From the NCBI GenBank assembly GCA_000165425.1, contig CT868656.1:124001-188000 (forward strand): a DNA stretch of 64,000 nucleotides, read 5' to 3'. The position numbers were made by a program, and so were the translations under genes. Of the stretch, positions 1 to 12,562 are shown one piece after another; the stretch's first letter is position 1; the number at the start of each line of letters is the position of its first letter. Source of the stretch: Paramecium tetraurelia. Taxonomy: Eukaryota. The notes under the pieces are model-generated. The model worked only from the letters and a program-made list of their open reading frames with translations. It made no database searches and was not told the origin of the DNA.

Positions 1-469
1 CTCATTTATTGAGTTGAAGTACATATTTCTCTTAGAGAAAAAGGGGACATGGCTTCTGATTCATTAGAACATCTATGGTCATAAGATTTGATATGATGTC
101 TGACATTTTCAAAATAGTTTTATTGTTTCTGTGCAGGGTCAGTAATTTAGAGTTCCAATTTATCGAGATACTCATTGACTCTTTATTCAATCTAATTCAT
201 ATCGAATTGTGAAAAAGATAAAGATATTAATGTTCATGAGAATGCGGTGACATTTTGGATAAATTCATAATTAAAGTACGAGGTATTTTCCTAATTTCAT
301 ACTTATTAATATATCATAAATAAATTTGATTCAAAATCTAAATCAGATGAAGGTTTTCTTGTAGATTGGGCTGGTTGATAGGCCTCCAATACAGGATTGA
401 TAATCAACCTGTAATCAAAATACTATAATAATTATTTCAATACTTATTGTAATACTTATAAATAGAAGG

Positions 470-1003
470 ATGAAAAAAAGGAACTACGAAGAGGACATCA
501 GATTCAAGGCCAAATAGAGATGTTAGACTATATCTGAATGGGCATTTAAAACGATCGAATCTGAAAGAGTACAAGAAACAAGAGCCAAGTCATTATTTAG
601 TGGATCCATTAGGATTCAAAATCAACTTATGTATTCTATCCAATAACCGTAAAAACAACCCAAAATAATAAGCTCCAAGAGCATTTTTAGAAAGAATCCA
701 AGACTTGGTCTTTCTCAAAAGCCTACGTCATAGCAATCATCAAAAATTTACAGGAAATTGATAGACCCCAATTAAATAACAAGGTCACTTGATTATTCTG
801 AATTAGAAGAGTCTTAAGCAAATACAAGCAAGAGGAGAGTCCCATAAAATTAAAGACTCAATCGATAATTTTAAGCAATCTATAATAAAATGAAATTAAT
901 TTTGGATTCCTACAATTAAAGAGAAAGAGTACTTTTGAAGTAGATAGCTTCTTTGTAGGAGGAGATTATTTTTCTCAAATAAACTTAAAATTAAACAATT
1001 TGA
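470..1003 (+). CDS. Hypothetical protein, 177 aa, C-terminal coiled coil
   Basis: ATG470 to TGA1001-1003 is open in code 6 (MKKRNYEEDIRFKAKQ...LLKQIASLQEEIIFLKQ). Confidence 0.7.
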
Positions 1004-1054
1004 ATTTATTTATATTCTTCCTTATTTATTTATTTCACAACTTCGCGATTAATA

Positions 1055-2192
1055 ATGTCCGAAAGCGTCAAAAGGAATATCAAATCATTTACACCTTATG
1101 TAGCAAAACCCTCAGACATCCCCTCAGTAGAAGCATCCATGGATCCATTGAGGCAGTTTCGACCACTCCTAAAAGTCCAAACCTCACATGACCCTTAGGT
1201 CTAATAGATGTCAACAGATCAACCATTTTAAACAAACTTACTTTTCCACCCAACTTTTACTTCCTTTGATATTTCTTAAAGAGTTTCGTTGGATGGAACA
1301 AGTGAATACTTGCTCAATCACTCCAAAATTGGAGCTCCTCTAGTAAATAGCTCTCTTGATAGTAAATCAAGAGATAGACATGATGTCCTGCAATCCTAAA
1401 GTCGCTTTTTTGCCTCAATGATGCCCATCTTTTTCACTTCCCCAATGCAATCCTTTTACCCCTGTCTACCTCAGCAATGCCAAAGTGAAATGCCTCGTCA
1501 ATCTAATAATAGTCTTGATAAATAGACTAAAACCAATTCAATAAACACAGCCTAGCCATCTGTTGGTAAACCTCCCTCTTAAAACCAATAATAATAAGAT
1601 TAACCATAGAATCAACACAAGTGGTTAAAACACGTAAGCTCTTGTGAAAGTGTGTACATGAAGGAGGAGGAGAACATGTAGAATGAGGAGAAACAAACTA
1701 AAAATGAGTAAAATTTGACGAAGCGAATCAGGAAAAGAATACCAGTGGAAGAGAGTTCGGATTCCTATAAAGTCCACCGCAAGAAGAAGGGACCTAAAGT
1801 CAATGATACCAAGAATATCACGAAAAACTTTTCAAAAGCAATTATATCTTATATTCTGAATGATGAGCAATTAATTTAAAAGTTTATTACCAGCGAACAA
1901 TCCGATAGCTTCATTAGTATACTAAAGAATAAAAAGAATCAAATGACAAATATCAAACAACTCAGAGACTTATGGGTTGATAATGGAAGAAATCCTGAGT
2001 TCAATAAAGTATTTCGAATCATTAGGTATTTTTAAATAATTTCTATTAAGCCAATACTTTCTAAAAAATTAGGCAGTTCCATACGTGTACAATTCAAGAA
2101 TTTCTAACACAGCTTGGCATCTCAAATATAGATAAAACCTTTTGAGAGCGCTAAGAGAACCTGAAAACTTTAAATTTATAAAAGATATATGA
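1055..2192 (+). CDS. Ciliate-type hypothetical protein with basic, conserved-looking C-terminal domain
   Basis: Open in code 6 with one 25-nt intron (2026-2050). Low-complexity N-terminus, then KKKGPKVNDTKNITKNFSKAII...YVYNSRISNTAWHLKYRQNLLRALREPENFKFIKDI*. Confidence 0.8.
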
Positions 2193-2293
2193 ATTTTCAA
2201 GATTATATTTTAATAATTATATTACTAATCGTGACTAATTTTAATTAAAATACTCTTTATTATAAAACAGATATACATAATAAATACATCACT

Positions 2294-4135
2294 TCAATCA
2301 GTTTTGGCCTTCCTCATGACCTTCATAATTTTCTATTGAGTTACAAACAAGCAATTCATTAGTAATATAACCAAGCACACCTTATATATTACTTACTCCA
2401 AGTCATACACATGCATAATTTGGGAGAATAAAAGTAACTATCATATATCCAATTTAATTACATAGAATCCTAATTTCCTCAGGGATTAGAATTGATATTG
2501 GCCATGTTTATGAGTGTCAATCAATTGGTTGTTTCTTTGCATAAACAAATCTCCAAAAATATAATACAATAATTTGAATATCCAATTCTGTTGAGGCATT
2601 AGCATTATTATATAATTGATGATCTATCTGAAATATTTAAAATTCAACATCAAAAACACTGTTAACATTTAAGTTGAAATACCATTAGCAATATCAAACA
2701 ATTTGATAATGATTATGGCGTTAAGCATGCCCAATGCACAGTATTTTTCATTTAAAAAACTTAACATCTAGGTGGGAAATGATAAAATAAAAGCAAATCC
2801 AAATATCATCAAATTGTAGAACTCATGATTAAACAGAGAATTGAAATAGTTAATGAATACTTATGGGTATATAGCCTAAGCCAAAGTAGAGCTAAAATAA
2901 AATGGAATAAAAATGAAGCATTAAACAATAATCAGTACCAAAATTAAGAATATCAATTCAATTACCAATTCCTGGAGGCCTTAAAAATTAGGCTATTTTT
3001 AAATAAGATATTATTACTCTGAGATTCTTTTTGGTTATGATACCATGTTACTGACATAATCTTCCTAAAACGTATGATGAAATTAGAGGGTAGAAAAGAA
3101 GACATTATGGTTCATAATTGACTGATATTACATATAGGATTGAGCCGAACCAAACATTTTCGGTAATAATATAGACGCACAAGGCCATTAATACTAAAAT
3201 AAATGAGGGTTTAGATACTTTCATTAATATTCCATACTCCTAAGAATGTTGGACACATGATTTGATAAAGTAATATTCCTGATAGGATTTCTTTGTTGAT
3301 TTTAGACTGCTTGGATTTCAGTATAAAGTACAAAGGACAGTAAAAGATGAGTAGATTTATTATTAAATTCAAGTAATGAAAGAAGGGCTAATTGATTTAT
3401 TCTTGTTGTTGTTTGAATACATGTAACTTAGAGGAGTCAAAGACATTAACAATTAATCCGATTAGACAATAAAATTAGGCTTTGAGTGGTGACAGTGGCA
3501 ATTATTAAAATTGATTATACCATTGATTATGTCCGAATAGGACTGTTTTCTCCATTAATTATTGGTATTCTTCGTAGTTTGGCAGATAGAGTATCAAATT
3601 GGCAAGGGACACAAGTAGGAAGGTGAAAATGATTGATAAGTCAATTGATTTTGAAGATTTAGCAATTTTACTCAATAAATCTGAGTAGGGATCTAAGGTG
3701 TATGGTTATTTGACAAAAATAGTCTTTTTAATGAATTCGTGTGATCTAGATAGGAGGTGGATTGTACTTCTCGATGATCTGATTAACAGTTAATTGTGGA
3801 GTCCATTTGAGAACCTTGAAATAGTAATCGTAGGAGTTGAAATCATCAAGATTTTTAATGGAGTAAAAGTCATCGTCCAATTGGAATCTCAATTGAGGTT
3901 GGGAGAATGGGTATAACTCATTTAATTTGATTTAGGTTCTGCATCCTTGTGAATCGAATTGGATAATATCTACATTGGAGTTTGAGATCCAATTCAGTTC
4001 TAGAGATTGACAAATTTCTTATTCTAAGAATATTGGATGGATTGGATTACCCTTTTTGATTCGATTTGGACGAATAGAATTTTTGAATGGAGGTTTAGGG
4101 AAAAGTTATGAAATTAAGAATTCTATAAATTACAT
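2294..4135 (-). CDS. UBC/UEV-like domain fused to degenerate ALG6/ALG8-like multipass ER membrane protein (~572 aa)
   Basis: Five introns (27, 22, 25, 25, 24 nt) give a continuous frame. N-terminus: NRIKKE...LYPFSQPQLRF...KWTPQLTVNQII. Then a TM segment and NYEEYQQLMEKT...QWY...PLSPLKA, many TMs, and a C-terminal KAKTD (KxKxx ER retrieval). Confidence 0.7.
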
Positions 4136-4145
4136 AAAAATATTT

Positions 4146-4818
4146 ATGTGTTGTGGAGACATTTAACCAAAGAATCAACCTAAGGCTGGAATCAAAACTA
4201 AATCAAATACTCCTGGGTAAAAGAAGGACATCAAAGTAGTGATGCTTGGGGATAAGGCTGTGGGCAAAAGTTCAATTGCTTCAAGATTCTGTTTTGATAA
4301 GGTATGCCAGTCAGTTTAAAAAAATATAATAGTTTCAATCAGAATATGAAATAACGATTGGTGGAGTGTACAATAGCGTGGATCTGACAGTGAAAGGTAT
4401 TTAAATAGTTTCTAAATGGTTAGGTCAAAACTTAAAGATCCATTTATGGGACACCGCAGGAGAAGAGAAATTTAGATCTCTGCTTTCGTTGTATTATAGG
4501 GATGCAAATGCTGCTATTATTGTGTACGACATCACGCAAAGTGACTCCTTTTAGTCTGTTTCGACTTGGCTTAAAGAATTGGAAGATAAAATCTAAAAAG
4601 ATGGTAAGAATGATTCAGATAATTGAGGAATGGCTCTGGCTTTGGTAGGCAACAAGTGCGATTGCTTAGAATCTGAAAGAAAAGTGCCTAAGGCCAAGGC
4701 TACTGATTTTGCTAAGTAGAATGGTATGATATTCTATGAAACATCTGCCAAAACAGGAGAAGGTGTAAAGAATTTATTTTAGCAATTAATTGAGACATAT
4801 GTTGCAGAGAATATGTGA
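4146..4818 (+). CDS. Rab5/21/22-like small GTPase with N-terminal MCCG and no C-terminal Cys
   Basis: GDKAVGKSS, TIG, WDTAGEEKFRSL, YYRDA, GNKCD, ETSAK. Three introns (31, 27, 24 nt). Ends IETYVAENM*. Confidence 0.93.
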
Positions 4819-5665
4819 ATATTAATCTTAAATATAATTTGCATTCCTACTCATATAGTTATATAACCAAATTCTCTAATAGCATCATTAATGATCCTAT
4901 AACCAATTTAATTATTATTAATTAACTTAAAGACCTAGCACTATCAAACCAAGCTGAGTACCTATCCATCACTACTACTATTCATACTCCAGGAGATAAG
5001 AAATGTATTTTATGGGTTATAGAAGACAGATTAATAAATCAATAAAGTTATCTTGACATTTTTAATTAATAAATTCCCTCTATCGCATGTTATTTGCACT
5101 CATTTCTCCTCCCATTAATGTCGTCTACAATTACTCATGATGCACTTCATTATTTATTAAAATATTAAGAATTAACAATGAAGATATGGAAAAAAAATAG
5201 ACTGATGAGTCAACGATACAAATTACTATCTAATTAATTAATATTATGTATTCTTTAATGTATAATATTAATCCTATTATATTTTATTATTAACTTTATT
5301 ATTTATTGTTCTTGAATACACAAGAATTACATCGATGACTCTACAAAAATATTATTTCTATATACAATTAGCAATGTATAATTTAAAATTTGAATAACTC
5401 TGAAAAAGTTAGATTTAAAATTTATATAGTTTAATTAGATAAAGTCAAATTAATCCTCCTATTTGATAAATATCGAAAGACTTCTTGGATTGGAAATAAT
5501 ATAGATACAATTTATAATTAAAATGTAAAATATCTGGATTCCTTTTTATTATATAAATTATTAACTGAATTTGGATGTAGCTATTTCATAAATTCAATGT
5601 TTTCCTCATTTAGACCCATTTTTAGTTCTTAAATTAGTTTAATTTTAATTATATATCATATTTAA

Positions 5666-8600
5666 TCAATAATCTTCAACGTACCTTTCATTTTTGATAT
5701 CCATATTTCTAGATATTTTTGCTGAAGTTATTTGCTGATTATTAATAGGTTATTCAGAAACGGGTTGTAAATATTTCTTATCAAATGGCCATTTCTCTAT
5801 TGTAACTTAAGGGTCTTCGAAGTAACTGCTAGAGCCAAAGAATACTTTCACATCACTCAATTTTCCCTAAAATAATACAACCAATATTATACATAGAATT
5901 CTGCAAAATTTTGATCCTTAATTAAATAGAAATAAAACACATTTGGTATAATGTGAAGAGATTCAATCTTTTTTTGTTATGCTTACTTGACTTATAAAGC
6001 ATAAGCCAACGCATTTCCTTTCTTGTACTAGAAAAATACATAAGTCCATTATAATTATTCCACTTGGATTTCTTCCACTTTTTATTCAAATTAGGGAGTG
6101 TCCAATAATTTATAAGTATTATAACTCAATTTCTCATTTAACATACTAACAAGAAGTGTTCTATCTCCCAACTACATGTCCTTCATAAATTAAGGATGGT
6201 TTGTTGATAATCTGGCGATTAATCTAGGAACTGTTGGCATACCAGGTAATAAAGGAGACTATTGTATCCACATTCCATAGGAGTATTCAATGGATTCTTA
6301 CTTATCCTCAAACTTATAATCTATGTAACCAGTCTTTAAATTTTCAGTCGTATCCATTTAAGGAATTGACCACTTGAAATCAGCTAAATCCACTGCAGGT
6401 AAGGGTAGCTTACGATGAATCTTTTAGAGTAGATCTACAACCTTCTGGCTTTCATTAATAAAGCTACCTTATCCTAGATATAGACGTGGATCATAGAGCC
6501 AACCATGAAACTAACCATGTCCAAATTCAGACACACCAATCAACAACTTAGCATATCCTACTAAAGGTATGTGTTTAGTTGCAAACTCTACTTTCAAAGC
6601 TTTGGCTGTGTCTCTCACTATTATTATGCCAACTGTTTAACCATCTTTATATCCCATATATATAAAATTCCATGATCCTTCAATCTAATCATATGCAGCC
6701 AGACTGTTTGCAGCAAAGTTGTTGGTTGCAATGTCATAACTGCTGAATTCATACGATCCCTTATTCAAAAATGCACTCAGGACTCTATCCTATATTTATG
6801 ATTTGTCTTAATGTTCTCTCTTAGCAGTGAATCTAAAAATAGAATGAGAATCCTTTCTCTCCACTAAATGGTCTGGGAAATCTGTTAACCATCTCGTCCA
6901 TATACCAACAGCATACTCTGTTATGGAATCAATTTCATTAGTAAATTCTTAAACAATGAATTCTGGTGTTTATATCACAGTATCTTTATTTGAATTCCAT
7001 TAGAATTATTTATTTGGCTAAACCAGACCATAATATGGTAATAGTTACTAATAACCATTCTTCTTCAGACTTACAAAGCCACCCAATCCATAGGCTGCTG
7101 TCCATTTGTTCATTTATCCAATAAATTTACTAGTAAATTTATCTTATCCAATGTACAATCCCAAATAATTAGGTACGTAATGCTACACTTATTCCCAGGT
7201 TATTGGTTTGTCTTCAATCAAAGTATGCAATAGACAATGGACTTCTCTCGTTCTTTGATTGTAACCCATATAGATATAATTCCAAGCATAATTGTAATCA
7301 TTCAATTCTAATTGACCATCCATAAATTTTGGTTCATTTGCATCTTTTAGATCTACCAGTGTGTATGTGGAATATTTAATTAGTTGAGTGTTGCAAATAG
7401 TAATGTGTAGAGTTCTGTCTCCCTAAGATTTCCTATCATTCAAAATTTCTGCATTATTATTCGTCAATCTTAAAATTAATTAACAATCTGTATTTCCTGT
7501 ACCAGTTGGCTTAATCCATCCACTAAAAGCATATTCACTGATTCCACTCCATCTATTCCCTTCAAATTGAATGCCATTAGTAATATCGATCTAATTGACA
7601 TCTTCAATTATTTCAAATTTCCCATGCTTCTCCTTATCAGTGTATTCTTATGTCAACTAAAAGGGCAAAGAGAAGGTAGTCTCTATCTGAGACTTGAATT
7701 GATCTTATTATCGAATATAGGATCCAGGACCTAGAGACAACATAATCTTCGTAATGCTTCCTTAGAAACCTGTGATAGTATCTTCCTTTCCAACTCTAAA
7801 CAGTAAGTAATCAGTTAATGGTTTATGTAAGATCTTATCTATTTTAGTTTCTGTTATTGTAGTATCAAAAGTATAACATGAAATAGTCTCGATATCTTTG
7901 CTGTAACCCATATAGATATATCTCCAAATACCTTCTAATTGATTGTATTTCATAAACTTTTGTTGTATTCCAGTATCAGTGTTCAAATCATAGGTTGATA
8001 ATTAATAATAGTTGAATACAATATGCGTTGCTAGAACTCTGTCTCCAGTTTTTATCACACCATCTGTTATTTATTTGTTGATTGACAATCGTGCTAATTG
8101 CATTAAAGCTGGCTTAGATAGTTATCTAGTGGGAAGAGTCGTGAGATAACGAGTCCACATACCAAAAGCATATTCTGACATTTAATCAAATGGATATTGG
8201 AATCCATTAAATAATTCAACTTTCATGGAACTAATAGTTTCATCACCATCTGATGCTAGCATTACTTGTTCATTCTTCTCCCATGTAATTTTCTTCTATT
8301 TGGGGAATAATTTATCAGCAACAAGATATTCAGGTAAAAATGGTATCTTACTATTAGTATAAGAACCTGGACCTATTGTAAGAGCAATTTAAGCTAAATT
8401 GCCTTCAAATCTTTATTGGATGTTGTCACTGCCTACATAGATCCAGAGTCTGTCACTTATGGCATGTAGGATAATTTCTTCGCTTTTGCAGACGTATTCA
8501 TCCACTGAGAGATAGTAATAGAACTTTTATTTGCTTTTGCTATATCCCATATAGATAAATGACCAATTGTGTTGGCTTAATTCTGGTATCTAGCAATTGT

Positions 8601-11600
8601 AGGGAATACCAAAGTTCATACCTTTCAATAGAGTGTAAGTAGAGAACTCCATATTATCTTTATTAATTTTAAAAAAGGCAAGAGTTCTATCACCAATCCA
8701 AGAAGAGTCGGTTACCTTACCTACAGGATTCTAAGTAACTCTAACAACAGTTTCTTTGTTTTCATTTATTTTTTGGAATTGTTTATACCACAAAGCTAAA
8801 GAGTATTCATTTGCTGGAAAATCGATCATTTGTGGATTATTTGGTAGAACCTTATAATTGTCAACTTTTCCATCAATGATGGTATATTTATGAGAAACAT
8901 CATAAGGAACAGATGGCATTAAGTCAGTATTTTTCATTCTCTACAATATGTCATTCCTATTCTCAATGAAGGCACCAATTCCTAATTTAAATTTAATGCC
9001 AGTCAATTATCCATTAAAATTTGGATAGTACTTTCCACTATGACCAATTGTAAGTTGAAACAAAATTGTTTATTGGATTGTGCAATGCCTCTATTTTAAG
9101 TTCATCCACAATATCCATCCTACCTGTATATGCCATGGCAACACCTTGAGTTTGGGATATTCGTTTGTAACTGTAGTAAATATAGACCCATTCAGATTCA
9201 TATTCCATTTGATATTAGAGATTACCAAAGATATTGGGTTACCCTATTGTGTAGGTTGAAAATTAGAATATTCCTTATGATTTTTCATCTTCACCTTTAC
9301 CAAAGAGTATCATCAATACTCTATCACCTACTGCATCTGCATCTCTATAATCTCTATTAGTTGTCAATCTACTCAATCCCATCCATTTAGGTTGACTGAA
9401 GAGAATGCCTGCACCATAGTATCTGAATCTTATCCACATCCCATAACCATAGGAACTGACTCCTTCTATTTTAACATCAGATTGTTCATTCAATTCAATC
9501 ATCCATGGGACATTTTATTTGTCTGCTTAAGAATCTATTACTTCATCACTGTGATCTATTTCTTGATTTGCAGTCTGTAATTTCAAATGATCAGTTCCAC
9601 TATTGAATCCAAAATTCAATTCTACAGTTTCATTCTACTCATATCCACTTTCTAAATATGAACCATCTCCAACATTCAATACCCAATATTTAATTTAACC
9701 CAGCCATTGATTTGCCAATTGAAATTTCTTTCCCAAATATACAGTAAATGTTGACAACAATACTCTGTTGATCTCTTAGAATGTCTATTGTTATTAATTA
9801 AAAGTGAATTTGCATAATGCAAACAACTTCTTCTATTTCTGAGTATACCCAATATAAATATAGGTCCATTAATTATAATACTCATTAAACTCGATGTTCT
9901 TCTCCTAAGATTGTGAACAATCCTCTCCATTACAATTATAAGTTCCAAATATGTAATCCTTATCAGTCTTCTATATATACAATTAACTATCACTCTATCC
10001 TGGTTTGATATCTTATTACTTCTTCTGAACCATCATCAATATGCTAAATAGTCCTCCTTGTGCTTAATCACCTCCCCATTTAACCCAACCAGATAATGCA
10101 TATTCATTAACACCTGCATATTAAGAATACTCAAATACATTTTAAGTTTCTTACACTTTGGCCATATCAGTTTCTGACCCCAACAATTAGATACTCTTAC
10201 GAACAGCTGCACTTATTCCCAACACTGGCTTTTCTAATTATTAAAATTATTCATATTATGCAACATCCACTAGAAATGCCCCGTTTCCTAATCTCATCTG
10301 CACATTAGCTAATTTGCCATTAAATTGAGGAATATTTGATTTTCCTACATTCAACTCGACATACTCTAAAATGTAATCATGTATCACTTCGATTGAACAC
10401 TCCTTAACTTATCCTCCAATTCCAAATTAAACGTATCCCTTGGCTAAACCCATATTATTGTTCATTTTTTTATAAGAAAAGGATAAGTAATTCCATGATC
10501 CCTCTAATTGAGAATCTAAAGGAATCACTCCTTTTTTAATGTCATTGCTTATTAGATTGTAAGTGGAGAACTCATAATCCTTCTTACCCAATCTAATCTA
10601 TAATGTAGTATCTTTGATATCATTATTTACTTATCCATCAACACTCTAGATTAACTTATTGTTCTTCAATTCTAACAACTTACTCTGAGTACCCATTCTA
10701 ATAATCTAATGCAAATCACTTCTACTTCCTATAAACTTTGGTAGACTACTTAACCAACAAGTCCACAACCCAATAGAATACTCACTCAATCCATTGATTC
10801 TTATATTGCTATCATCTTGGATCAGAATCTGATTGATCAATGACTCTTTTTAATCAAATGATATTTCGTATTGATCCTATTGTCCTCTCAATATCAATGG
10901 TTTAACCAACTGAAACAATCTGACAGCTCCGTCTCCGTACCCAAAATTGTAATCTAATTTCTTAGACTTCGCATAACTTTCAGGTCCCAAATATACTCCA
11001 ATCTGAGCCACTTTACCATTGAAAGAGGCAACCGTCTGATCTCCTCCCAAAGTAAAATATAATGAATTCGTATTCTTATGTTCTAATCCTTCAAACAACA
11101 CCTCCTCATTCACTCCCACTCTTATCATTATACCTTAAGCTTTCTTCTCTTCTTAATTAAATCCAAAGTAAACATATGTCCATACATTGGTTGTATAAGG
11201 CACTGATTTCACTATCAGCTCACTTCCTCTGCCCTCATTTCCAGCCACTGAATAAGTATGGAAATTCAACCCTATATTCTATAATCCTCTTATAAAATGA
11301 ATTTCCAGAGCTCTATCTCCCAATTCTCTTTAATCTTTCACTCTCTACTTATTCGATCTCAGATTCATTATCTAAAATGAATTCAACTCCTTCACATCCA
11401 AATTATCAACCCATCTAAACCAACCTGCTATTGCATAATGCTCATAAATAAATGAATCCTTAAATCCCTTCTCATAATTGCAATTGGTATTTCCATCCAT
11501 GTCCACTGGTGGCCCAACTACCATTTCCTCATGGTAAGTCTTCAATCCTTATGGCATAAAAGACATCGTCTCAACCAAATTGAATAGCTCTTATTCATTG

Positions 11601-12504
11601 TCAATCAACGCAGGTGCTTCTATATCGTAAAAGATATTTGCAAATTAACCTTCCAATCCTGGGTAATGCAAATGCTTCCCTCCCACAGTCATTGACATAT
11701 AAAATGGAGGAGCATGAGTGCATGGAATCTCAACTCTCTAAAATTCCCTACCCTTACCATATGTCAACACAAATCCTACTGACTTCTATTTACGACTGCT
11801 ATACGAGAAAGACACGAAGTACCATCTACCGTCTATATTCTGATTCAAACTTATCTAAGCCACCTTATTCTTCTCTTTTCCAACATAATCATACGTTGCA
11901 AACACAAACGTGTTATCCATCAAGAAATTGGCTAAAGTTCTATCCCCATAATTTTAAAAGTCCAAATAATCCTTTATAGAAGTTAATCGAGACAAAAAGT
12001 AATATTAATTTTGTTTCAACTTGTACTCAAGAGTACTTTAGTATTTTACCCAAAATCCATATCCATACTCTTCAGAATCTTACAACTCCTTATTTGAAAA
12101 TTAAATTTCATACGACGCCTTTCCTTCAACGGTTGAATCATAAAATTTTGATTACCTCACCATAATGTTTGCAGTGCTCTATAAAGGCTTGTGTTTGAAT
12201 GGAACAAACTTAACTGGGTCAATTAATTGATCAGGATTCTCTTCAAGACCTTTAGTAGGGATTTTAATTGAATTATCTGGAACCAGCTCAGTAGGTAACA
12301 AAGGTTTCTATTCACTCACATTTTGAGGCTGAAGCTGACTTGTGTCAATACCAATTGGTTCTTATGAAGTTGGGTCTTATTATTAAATTTGAGGTTCATT
12401 TTTTTATTCTGGTACATTTGGTTATACATTATTTACATTCTATTCTTAAGTTTATAATGGATTAGGTAATACATTTTATTGTTATTATTAAGGTTATTAT
12501 TATG

Positions 12505-12562
<58 letters not shown>

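Noticed and set aside
1..420. Possible gene fragment at the window start
   Set aside because: The frames examined are interrupted by TGA and show no recognisable motif, so it cannot be called.
3640..3770. Apparent in-frame TGA or recoding in the UEV-ALG gene
   Set aside because: Resolved by a 22-nt GT..AG intron that switches to the TM-encoding frame.
4830..5640. Slightly GC-richer patch that might be a gene remnant or ncRNA
   Set aside because: No consistent ORF, and no tRNA or snoRNA structure recognised.
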